From a virus (lineage: Duplodnaviria; Caudoviricetes), in IMG/VR virus record IMGVR_UViG_3300042868_004434, positions 1 through 54,314 of that record: a stretch of 54,314 nt of DNA; one strand, 5' to 3'. Below, one piece after another: positions 25,933-33,829 of this stretch; position 1 is the stretch's first letter, and every line of letters starts with the position of its first letter. The position numbers and the translations under genes are program-made. Under the pieces are notes generated by a model. The model was not told the DNA's origin, did not search any database, and saw only the letters and a list, made by a program, of their open reading frames with translations.

Positions 25933-26258
25933 AAATAACATGGTATTGGCCCGACGCAGCGCTGTTTGGGAAGATGCACGACAAAGGGCTATGTGTGGCG
26001 TATAGCACAAACTACGCCGTAATAAAACACCCTCTGACGGGGTTCAACGTATGTTGCCTAGAAGACTGGGGTATGCACACGCAGGTAGAAGTCGCTCAGC
26101 TAATGAGCACTCTTCTTGAAGTAGCCGAGCAGCGTTTCGAAGAACTTGGCGAATTCTACATAGAGTACGCCCTTGCTATCGGTGCGCTGGAGAACGCAAA
26201 AGAACAAGTCAAAAGAGCAACCGCCCATTGGGGCGAACAAATAGCGAAACTAAAATGA
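25929..26258 (+). CDS. Hypothetical protein
   Basis: GTGA overlap start, 109 aa. Confidence 0.55.
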   Translation: MKITWYWPDAALFGKMHDKGLCVAYSTNYAVIKHPLTGFNVCCLEDWGMHTQVEVAQLMSTLLEVAEQRFEELGEFYIEYALAIGALENAKEQVKRATAHWGEQIAKLK

Positions 26259-28294
26259 CACAACCATTCAAAACAATCCTATGCGCGGACTTCGAGACAC
26301 GATGGTCTAGCAAACCAACTGAGTGGAGCGAAGACCCATTCACGCTGTCGAAGCTAACTACCGAAGAATATATACGGTCTCCTTTGTTCCACGCATTCGG
26401 GCTCTGTCTGCATGAGGTCGGCTCCGAGTCACCGATACAGTGGTACTCCCACGAGGAGCTGCCGCGCATACTAAAGATGTACGACTGGTCTACGACCGCC
26501 ATCCTCTGCCACAACAGCCAGTTCGACGCGGCGATCCTGTCCTACATCTATGGCATCAAGCCGTGCTTCATCTTCGACACGCTATCTATGGGGCGCGCGC
26601 TACGTGGTGTGGAGGTAGGCAACTCGCTCATGAAGTTGGCCGAAGACTACGGCTTGCCCCCCAAGGGGCGTGCTGTGTACAGCACCGACGGTCTGTTTAC
26701 GCTACCCGCGCACATCGAGCGGGAGTTGGCCGAGTACTGTAAGCACGACGTGTTCTTGTGTGAGCAGATATTCATGAAGCTGCTGTATCGCATCGACCCG
26801 CTAACCGGCGACTCTGCTGGTGAGTTCCCCAAGAAGGAGCTGCGCTTGATCGACATGACGGTGCGTATGTACACCGACCCGGTGCTGGTGCTAGACAAGC
26901 CCATGCTGGAGAAGGCGCTGGTAGAAGAGAAGGCCAAGCTAGCCTCCGCGCTGGAGCGCACGGGCGTTGAGGAGACATCCCTAGCAAGCAACGACCAGTT
27001 TGCAGAAGTGCTACGTACTATGGGAGTCACGCCACCAACTAAGATAAGCAAGACCACGGGGAAGGAGGCGTTTGCGTTCGCCAAGAACGACGCGCTGTTT
27101 CAAGCCCTGCTTAACGGTGACAACGAGGATGTATCGCTGCTGTGCGAAGCACGGCTCAAGGTCAAGTCTACGCTGGAGCGTACCCGCGCGCAGCGCTTCA
27201 TTGACATCTCAGAGCGTGGCACACTACCTATCCCTCTCGCGTACTACGGTGCGGCGACAGGCCGGTGGGCAGCGGCCAAAGGCGCTAACTTGAACCTCCA
27301 AAATCTGAACCGAGGCTCGTTCCTTCGCAAAGCGATCATGGCCCCGGACGGGTATCTTCTTGCAGTAGCAGACTTGTCCCAGATCGAGCCCCGGGTGTTG
27401 GCGTGGTTGTCTGGGTACGAGGACATGCTAGACATCTTCCGTGCGGGCGGCGACCCCTACGCTACGTTTGGTTCGCAGATGTTCGGTATCCCGGGGTTGA
27501 CCAAGGACACGCACCCCCTGCTTAGACAATCGGCCAAGTCCGCTTTGCTAGGCGCAGGATATCAGCTCGGGTGGGCTAGCTTTGCAGGGCAGTTGCTTGT
27601 GGGCTTCCTAGGCGCTCCACCGCAGCGATACACGAAGGCCGATGCTAGACAGTTGGGCGTGACTGCACAGGACGTGCAGAAGTTCTTGTCGTGGGACGAC
27701 AACCTAAAGGGTATGCAGGAGATACCGCACACCTGTACCGAAGAGGAGCTGTTACTGCACTGCCTAGCGGCCAAGGCCATCATCGAGAAGTACCGCAGTG
27801 CAGCGAGCCCCGTGACAGACTTTTGGAGCCTACTAGGTAACCTGCTGGAGCGCAGCTTGGTGGGCGGTGAGGAGTACAACCACAAGGACGTGTTGCTGTT
27901 TAGAAAAGGCGAGATCATCATGACCAACGGCATGGCGCTGCGCTACCCCGACCTGAAGGCGCACATCGACCCCGAGGACAAGAAGAAGCGTGTTGTGTAC
28001 ACCTACGCTGACGGCAAGAAGCGTGTGAAGTTGTACCCCGGTAAAATATGCAACAACGTGACGCAGGGAACTTCACGCATCGTGCTGTCTGACGGTACCC
28101 TGCGCATTGATAAAGAGCATCGCGTGTTGGGACTTGTCCACGACGAAGCGATTTCAGCAGTACCCGAGCCCGAGGCGCAGCCCGCGTATAAGTGGATGCT
28201 GCAGCAGATGGTACAGGTGCCCAAGTGGATGCCCGGTATCCCGCTCAATGCAGACGGCGGAGTGCACAAGCGCTACGGTCTAGCTAAGTCATAA
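26255..28294 (+). CDS. polA: DNA polymerase, family A, with 3'-5' exonuclease
   Basis: Exo motifs DFET, HNSQFD, YCKHD; motif A DLSQIEPR, motif B RQSAKSALLGAGY, motif C VHDE. Confidence 0.93.
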   Translation: MTQPFKTILCADFETRWSSKPTEWSEDPFTLSKLTTEEYIRSPLFHAFGLCLHEVGSESPIQWYSHEELPRILKMYDWSTTAILCHNSQFDAAILSYIYGIKPCFIFDTLSMGRALRGVEVGNSLMKLAEDYGLPPKGRAVYSTDGLFTLPAHIERELAEYCKHDVFLCEQIFMKLLYRIDPLTGDSAGEFPKKELRLIDMTVRMYTDPVLVLDKPMLEKALVEEKAKLASALERTGVEETSLASNDQFAEVLRTMGVTPPTKISKTTGKEAFAFAKNDALFQALLNGDNEDVSLLCEARLKVKSTLERTRAQRFIDISERGTLPIPLAYYGAATGRWAAAKGANLNLQNLNRGSFLRKAIMAPDGYLLAVADLSQIEPRVLAWLSGYEDMLDIFRAGGDPYATFGSQMFGIPGLTKDTHPLLRQSAKSALLGAGYQLGWASFAGQLLVGFLGAPPQRYTKADARQLGVTAQDVQKFLSWDDNLKGMQEIPHTCTEEELLLHCLAAKAIIEKYRSAASPVTDFWSLLGNLLERSLVGGEEYNHKDVLLFRKGEIIMTNGMALRYPDLKAHIDPEDKKKRVVYTYADGKKRVKLYPGKICNNVTQGTSRIVLSDGTLRIDKEHRVLGLVHDEAISAVPEPEAQPAYKWMLQQMVQVPKWMPGIPLNADGGVHKRYGLAKS

Positions 28295-28309
28295 CCAAGG
28301 AGAAAGAAA

Positions 28310-28585
28310 ATGGAAATACCAAAGACGTTTGAACTAGGCCATCTCACATGGCGCGTACATACGGACAAGCAGGGGGTTGCTACAGGCGTGTACGGGATGT
28401 GTTACCCAAGCTATCAGACGGTACGTGTGCGCATGCGCGCCCCAAAGAAGATGACAGAGAGTTTTTGGCACGAGGTTACGCACGCTATTCTGTTCGACAT
28501 GAAAGACCCGCGCTGGGACGACGAGCAGTTCGTCACGGCATTCAGCAAACGGCTTACCCAAGTCATTCACACAGCGGAGTTTTAA
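28310..28585 (+). CDS. Small HExxH metallopeptidase-like protein
   Basis: YG.C...I/V...ESFWHEVTHAIL...E.FV. Confidence 0.65.
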   Translation: MEIPKTFELGHLTWRVHTDKQGVATGVYGMCYPSYQTVRVRMRAPKKMTESFWHEVTHAILFDMKDPRWDDEQFVTAFSKRLTQVIHTAEF

Positions 28586-28586
28586 T

Positions 28587-29081
28587 ATGAGCACCGTCTT
28601 CTACGTAGACCCGGGTAGGCGTCAAATGCATATCATCGACGATGACTATGACGATGTTTCTTTTGTTGGCGGTTCTTTTGCCGGTTGTGCTGTATCCGCA
28701 GAACCCACGGTCTCGCCGGATCGCTCCGCGATACATAATGAGAAACAAAGGGTAGCGCGGATACAGAAAAAGCAACAGAAGGAAAAAGAAGAACGCTTGG
28801 CTGCGGAGCAAAGAGTAGCTGCTGAAAAAGTACGTGCAGAACTGAAGGCGGAGCAGTTAGAGAAGGTGCTTGCGTGGGCTGCAACAACTGGGGGAACCGT
28901 AGAGGGCGAGGTCACGGTGGACGCTTTGCTGGAGTGGACAGGGTGGTCTAGATACAGACTCATCGGTGACCTAGCTCTGGCGAACGTCCCTTTCGAGTGG
29001 CGACAACACAACGGCGTGCTCACACTTATGTACAAACGCATAGACATCATTACATGGCAATTCATAAACAAATACTACTAA
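28587..29081 (+). CDS. Hypothetical protein
   Basis: GGAG RBS, 164 aa, central coiled coil. Confidence 0.6.
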   Translation: MSTVFYVDPGRRQMHIIDDDYDDVSFVGGSFAGCAVSAEPTVSPDRSAIHNEKQRVARIQKKQQKEKEERLAAEQRVAAEKVRAELKAEQLEKVLAWAATTGGTVEGEVTVDALLEWTGWSRYRLIGDLALANVPFEWRQHNGVLTLMYKRIDIITWQFINKYY

Positions 29082-29082
29082 T

Positions 29083-29745
29083 ATGGCTAAGCACTCATAC
29101 TCAGGAATCAAGACGTACGAAAACTGCGGACGTAAGTACCACGAGACCAAAATACTCAAACTATGGCCCCGGGAAGACACCACCGCTACGTTGTACGGCA
29201 CTCAACTGCACGAGCAGGCCGAGTTCTATATCCGTGATGGCAGGGCGCTGGACAAGGGCTTCGAGTTCCTCAAGCCGGTGCTAGACAACCTAGTGGCCAT
29301 GCCCGGGCGTAAGTTCTGCGAGTTGGAGATGGGGGTTAAGGAAACGCTGGAGCCTTGTGACTTTAACGACCCGGACTACTGGTGCCACGGTATTGCGGAC
29401 TTGGTGATTGTAGACGACGACAACTTCACCGCACGGGTGTTCGACTACAAGAGCGGCAGTGACAAGTACCCCGACACCGATCAGCTCATGCTCATGTCGC
29501 TCATGATCTTCAAACACTTCCCCCACGTACGCACCATTACCGGGGGCCTGCTGTTCGTGCTCAAAGGCACGGTGTCGAAATACAAAGTGGAGCGCGATCA
29601 AGAAGCGGCGTTGTGGTGGCGCTGGCGTGAAAGAATTGCTAAACTAGACGCCTCGATATACCACAACGTGTGGAACCCCAAGCAATCGGGTCTTTGCCGA
29701 AAGCACTGCGAGGTACTGACGTGCACCTTTAATGGAAGAAGTTAA
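29083..29745 (+). CDS. PD-(D/E)XK (Cas4/RecB-like) exonuclease
   Basis: SYS...C, G..LH, GIADL, DYKSG, QL, C-terminal C...C....C. Confidence 0.85.
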   Translation: MAKHSYSGIKTYENCGRKYHETKILKLWPREDTTATLYGTQLHEQAEFYIRDGRALDKGFEFLKPVLDNLVAMPGRKFCELEMGVKETLEPCDFNDPDYWCHGIADLVIVDDDNFTARVFDYKSGSDKYPDTDQLMLMSLMIFKHFPHVRTITGGLLFVLKGTVSKYKVERDQEAALWWRWRERIAKLDASIYHNVWNPKQSGLCRKHCEVLTCTFNGRS

Positions 29746-29747
29746 GT

Positions 29748-30017
29748 ATGCCTAAATCATCCCCGGCCAAGCTGGCCTATCAGAAAAAATACAATGCCCG
29801 CCCGGACATCGTGAACCGCCGCGAAGACAACAACCTAGCTAGGGCGCAGATGATGCGCGCAGGCAAAGTGAAGAAGGGCGACGGCAAGGACGTGGCCCAC
29901 AAAGTAGCGCTTGACAACGGGGGTTCTACCGACCCCAAGAATCTCAAGGTCGAGAGCGCCAAGAAGAATCGCGGCTGGCGTAAGACTTCCGGCTACAAAG
30001 TACCCACCACTAAGTAA
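29748..30017 (+). CDS. Small HNH-like endonuclease
   Basis: GDGKDVAHKVAL.NGGS....NL.V.....NR. Confidence 0.65.
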   Translation: MPKSSPAKLAYQKKYNARPDIVNRREDNNLARAQMMRAGKVKKGDGKDVAHKVALDNGGSTDPKNLKVESAKKNRGWRKTSGYKVPTTK

Positions 30018-30116
30018 GGTTTGCCACCCGCCACAAACGGGTGTATAGTAAGTTCTCTGTTCGACGAACGGCCCTTAAACAAGGCCCTCGTCGCGTACTG
30101 CTTTTGGAGAAAGAAA

Positions 30117-30440
30117 ATGGCAATTGGTCTACGTGGCCCGATACGCTACGGGCGTCCGCTACCTGAAACAAACGTCGAGGCGTTGCTAGACATGTGGTGT
30201 ACGAAGTTTGAAGACAAAACAATAGTGGTTGAGGACGTCTTCCGCGAAGGGGCCGAGCACCCCGACTGGATTGTTGAGCAGGTATTGAGAGCCTTGGCGC
30301 ACATGCCCTGTCAAGCGAACGTGGTGTCAGACACGATGATGTGGACGCACCGCGACTTTTATATTTCTGCGCACGAATCTTTTGGCGAACAAGACCTGCG
30401 CATCTGCATCCGACCGATACCAAAAGGAGAAAGAAATTGA
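30117..30440 (+). CDS. Hypothetical protein
   Basis: GGAG RBS before ATG 30117, 107 aa. Confidence 0.55.
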   Translation: MAIGLRGPIRYGRPLPETNVEALLDMWCTKFEDKTIVVEDVFREGAEHPDWIVEQVLRALAHMPCQANVVSDTMMWTHRDFYISAHESFGEQDLRICIRPIPKGERN

Positions 30441-31999
30441 AGATCATTGAAAACAAAGCGCTGCAAATCCGCACGCGCAACCCGGACAAGTTCGCCATCA
30501 TCCCCAAGCGGCATGTGCAGGAGATTCCCGGTGGGTACGAGGTGACGTTGTTCTGGGGCTTGGACGAGGTGCGCGTGCTGCGCAATCTAGGCGTGAAGAA
30601 TGCACCATCCCCGGTAGAGCGTGATTACAAGTGGCCCGGGCGCTACCGCCCTATGTCACATCAAGTGGCCACCTCGGGGTTCTTGACGTTGCACCGCAGA
30701 GCCTTCGTGTTCAACGACCCGGGCACCGGAAAGTCACTGGCCGCACTGTGGGCCGCAGACTACCTTATGGCCCGCAAAGAGATTCGGCGCTGTCTCATCA
30801 TCTGCCCCTTGTCCATCATGCATAGCGCTTGGCTTGGCGACCTCAACAACAGCATCATCCATCGTAGCGCGGCCATCGCCCACCACGCCAAAGCATCACG
30901 CCGGGTAGAGATCATTCAGGGTGACTACGAGTTCGTTATCATCAACTACGACGGGCTCAACCTCGTGGCCAACGAGATTATTGCCGACGGCAGGTTCGAC
31001 TTGGTTATCGTTGACGAGGCCAACGGCTACAGCAACACCCAGACGCAGCGCTGGAAGTCACTGGCCAAGATACTCAAGCCCGACACGTTCCTGTGGATGA
31101 TGACTGGCACACCCGCTGCACAGTCCCCGGTGAATGCGTTTGGTTTGGCTAAGCTGGTGAACCCCAGCGGTGTGCCCGCGTACATGACGGCATGGCGCGA
31201 CAAGGTAATGAACAAGATCACGCAGTTCAAGTGGGCACCCAAGCACGATGCCAAAGACAAAGTGTTCGCCGCACTGCAGCCCGCAATCCGCTTCACCAAG
31301 GAACAGTGCCTTGACTTGCCGCCGGTTATCAAGATGACCCGTGAGGTGGCCATGACTGCGCAGCAGGCCAAGTACTATGAGCGTATCAAGAACGACATGC
31401 TGGTGGTGGCTGCAGGGCAGACGATCAGCGCCGTGAATAAGGCCGCTGTGGTCAACAAACTATTGCAGGTGAGCGCGGGTAGCGTCTACAGCGAAGACGG
31501 GGAAGTGGTCGAGTTCGATGCCACACCGCGCTTCAATCTGCTGCTGGAGATTTTGGAGGAGACCGACCGCAAGGTAATCATCTTCGCCATGTACCGCTCT
31601 AGCATCGACGCCATCGAGGCGTTCCTTACCAAAAAGGGCTACAAGGTAGGCGTAATTGACGGGCGGGTAACCGCCACAAACCGAGGCGCGTTGATTAACC
31701 AGTTCCAAAACACCCCCGACCCGCAGTTGCTGGTCATGCAGCCGCAAGCTACAGCCCACGGAATTACGCTTACCTCGGCAGATACTGTAGTGTTCTTTGG
31801 CCCTTTAATGAGCGTGGAGCTCTACAAACAAGCCATCGCCCGAGCCGACCGCAAGGGGCAGACCTCAGACAAAGTTACTGTGGTGCACATTCAGAGCAGC
31901 CCTATCGAGAAGAAAATGTTTGCTGCTATGGACGCCCGGGTTAGTGACCACGCACTTCTAACTGAGCTATTCGATGAAGAACTGGGGGTGAACAAATGA
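30437..31999 (+). CDS. SNF2-family (SF2) helicase
   Basis: PGTGKS, VIVDEA, MTGTP, HGITLT.A, QA..R..R.GQ; TTG start after AAGGAG. Confidence 0.9.
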   Translation: MKIIENKALQIRTRNPDKFAIIPKRHVQEIPGGYEVTLFWGLDEVRVLRNLGVKNAPSPVERDYKWPGRYRPMSHQVATSGFLTLHRRAFVFNDPGTGKSLAALWAADYLMARKEIRRCLIICPLSIMHSAWLGDLNNSIIHRSAAIAHHAKASRRVEIIQGDYEFVIINYDGLNLVANEIIADGRFDLVIVDEANGYSNTQTQRWKSLAKILKPDTFLWMMTGTPAAQSPVNAFGLAKLVNPSGVPAYMTAWRDKVMNKITQFKWAPKHDAKDKVFAALQPAIRFTKEQCLDLPPVIKMTREVAMTAQQAKYYERIKNDMLVVAAGQTISAVNKAAVVNKLLQVSAGSVYSEDGEVVEFDATPRFNLLLEILEETDRKVIIFAMYRSSIDAIEAFLTKKGYKVGVIDGRVTATNRGALINQFQNTPDPQLLVMQPQATAHGITLTSADTVVFFGPLMSVELYKQAIARADRKGQTSDKVTVVHIQSSPIEKKMFAAMDARVSDHALLTELFDEELGVNK

Positions 32000-32038
32000 C
32001 CTAGGGAAAACCCTGACACATTTATTTTTGTCCAGTTC

Positions 32039-32066
32039 TTGACAAAGGCCGAATCACCTGTATGAT
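32039..32066 (+). promoter_or_regulatory. Sigma70-like promoter
   Basis: TTGACA (32039-44), 16-nt spacer, TATGAT (32061-66); T-rich tract and TAGGGAAAACCCT upstream. Confidence 0.7.
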
Positions 32067-32090
32067 TCAACAAAACAAACGGAGAAAGAA

Positions 32091-32525
32091 ATGACCACTG
32101 AAACTGAAGACGGCGTAGACATCGCCGAAACCAACGTCACGATGGATAGACTCGCAAGAGTGTACATCAAAATGCGGGACAAGCTGGCCCAGCTAACCCG
32201 TGAGTACGAAGAAGCCGAGGCAGCGATCAAAGCCCAACAGGCCGATATTGCCGCCGCAATGAAAGACATCATCCAGACGGCTGGAGCCAAGTCGATCAGT
32301 ACCTCCCACGGAACCGTTACATTGAAGACCAGCACCCGCTACTACGCACAGGACTGGGAAGCGATGTACAAGTTCATCGTGGAGCGCGATGCAGCGTTTC
32401 TACTGGAGAAGCGCATTGCCCAAAAGAACATGTCTGACTACCTTGAACAGAACCCCGGCGATGTACCTCCCGGCCTGAACACGATGTCGGAACTGTCCAT
32501 CTCTGTAACCAAACCACGCAAGTAA
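32091..32525 (+). CDS. Replication-module hypothetical protein
   Basis: 144 aa; coiled coil, T..GT, DW..M..FI, LLEKRI, PPGL. Confidence 0.7.
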   Translation: MTTETEDGVDIAETNVTMDRLARVYIKMRDKLAQLTREYEEAEAAIKAQQADIAAAMKDIIQTAGAKSISTSHGTVTLKTSTRYYAQDWEAMYKFIVERDAAFLLEKRIAQKNMSDYLEQNPGDVPPGLNTMSELSISVTKPRK

Positions 32526-32547
32526 TTTTTTCAACCAAGGAACCATC

Positions 32548-33534
32548 ATGAGTAACGTAATTGTTTTCAACCCCGGCCAACTCCCTGCCTTTGCTAAAAA
32601 GGGCGAACTCTCCGCAACAGCCAAAGCCCTAGCAGGCGGCGCTGGCGCATCTGGCAAACGCATCTCTATCAAGGGCGGCGTGTTCCGCCTCATCGCAGAC
32701 GGCAAGGAAGTCGCCGCTGTGGAAGAGCGCTATCTGGATGTGGTCATCGTCAACGCCGCTCCGAAGGTGGGCCGCACGTTCTACGCCGGTACGTACGACG
32801 AAAATAAAGCTGCTGCACCCGACTGCTGGAGCGTCGATGGCGACAAGCCCGATGCGTCTGTTAAAGCCCCTCAGTGCGCCAACTGCGCCAACTGTCCACA
32901 GAACGTCAAGGGCTCCGGTCAAGGCGACTCTCGCGCATGCCGCTACAGTCAGAAGCTGGCTGTGATGCTAGCCAACGACATCGAGGGCGACGTGATGCAG
33001 CTCTCTTTGGCCGCGACAAGCATCTTCGGTAAAGCCGAAGGCGAGAACCGCCCACTGCAAGAGCACTCTCGCTGGTTGATCGCCCAAGGCATTGACCCCA
33101 CGATGCTGATTACACGTCTGAAGTTCGACACCAAGGCCCCCGTACCCAAGCTATTCTTCAAGCCTATGCGCTGGTTGACCGACGACGAGTACGCTGTAAC
33201 CAAAGGCAAAGGCGAGTCCGAAGACGCTATCAAGGCTATCACCATGTCGGTGTTTGCACAAGACGGCGGCAGTACCGTAGCAGCGCCAGCGGCGTTCGAG
33301 GGCAAGCCCCCAGTATCCAAGGCCAAGGTAGTACCCGCACCGCAGGCAGACGAAGAGGACGACGAGCCGCCAGCACCGGCTCCAGTGGTTAAAGCGAAGG
33401 CCAAGCCCGCCGCGCTGCCTCCCGAGCCAGAGGACGACGAGCCGGTAGTCAAACCCGCTAAGGTTGCTGCGAAGACTGCAGCGCCTGCAGCCACCGGACT
33501 AGCCGCCACACTGGCTGCGTGGGACGACGAGTAA
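32548..33534 (+). CDS. Putative single-stranded DNA-binding protein (Cys cluster, acidic tail)
   Basis: RISIKGG.F, PDCWS.DG..PD, C..CP.N..GS....AC, Pro/Ala linker, ends WDDE. Confidence 0.55.
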   Translation: MSNVIVFNPGQLPAFAKKGELSATAKALAGGAGASGKRISIKGGVFRLIADGKEVAAVEERYLDVVIVNAAPKVGRTFYAGTYDENKAAAPDCWSVDGDKPDASVKAPQCANCANCPQNVKGSGQGDSRACRYSQKLAVMLANDIEGDVMQLSLAATSIFGKAEGENRPLQEHSRWLIAQGIDPTMLITRLKFDTKAPVPKLFFKPMRWLTDDEYAVTKGKGESEDAIKAITMSVFAQDGGSTVAAPAAFEGKPPVSKAKVVPAPQADEEDDEPPAPAPVVKAKAKPAALPPEPEDDEPVVKPAKVAAKTAAPAATGLAATLAAWDDE

Positions 33535-33563
33535 TTAAAGGTTTAGGGGTGCGTCACACTTAA

Positions 33564-33595
33564 CCCCGGTTGACGACCGGGGCCCCTTTCTATTT
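33564..33595 (+). terminator. Possible intrinsic terminator or attenuator hairpin
   Basis: CCCCGGT-TGACG-ACCGGGG followed by CCCCTTTCTATTT. Confidence 0.4.
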
Positions 33596-33820
33596 ATGAC
33601 ATACCACACCAAAACCCGGATAGCCCTGAAGCGCGCCCCCAGTTCTCTGGGGGTTCGTCTTGGTAGGCTCGCTGTTCGCAAGAACAAATCCGTACAAGAC
33701 ATTGCTACAGCGACAGGCGCATCGAGGGCGACCGTGTATAGCTGGTTCTCCGGCGGTGCAGTGTCCAATGCGTACTGCACCATTGTCACAAACCTAATAG
33801 CATCTCTGCAGACCGAATAG
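33596..33820 (+). CDS. Cro/XRE-like HTH protein
   Basis: SVQDIATATGASRATVYSWFSG. Confidence 0.75.
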   Translation: MTYHTKTRIALKRAPSSLGVRLGRLAVRKNKSVQDIATATGASRATVYSWFSGGAVSNAYCTIVTNLIASLQTE

Positions 33821-33829
33821 GGGCAAGTA

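Noticed and set aside
29083-29745. Cas4-like nuclease as evidence of a CRISPR-Cas system
   Set aside because: No cas1/cas2 or array; stand-alone PD-(D/E)XK exonucleases are routine in phage replication modules.
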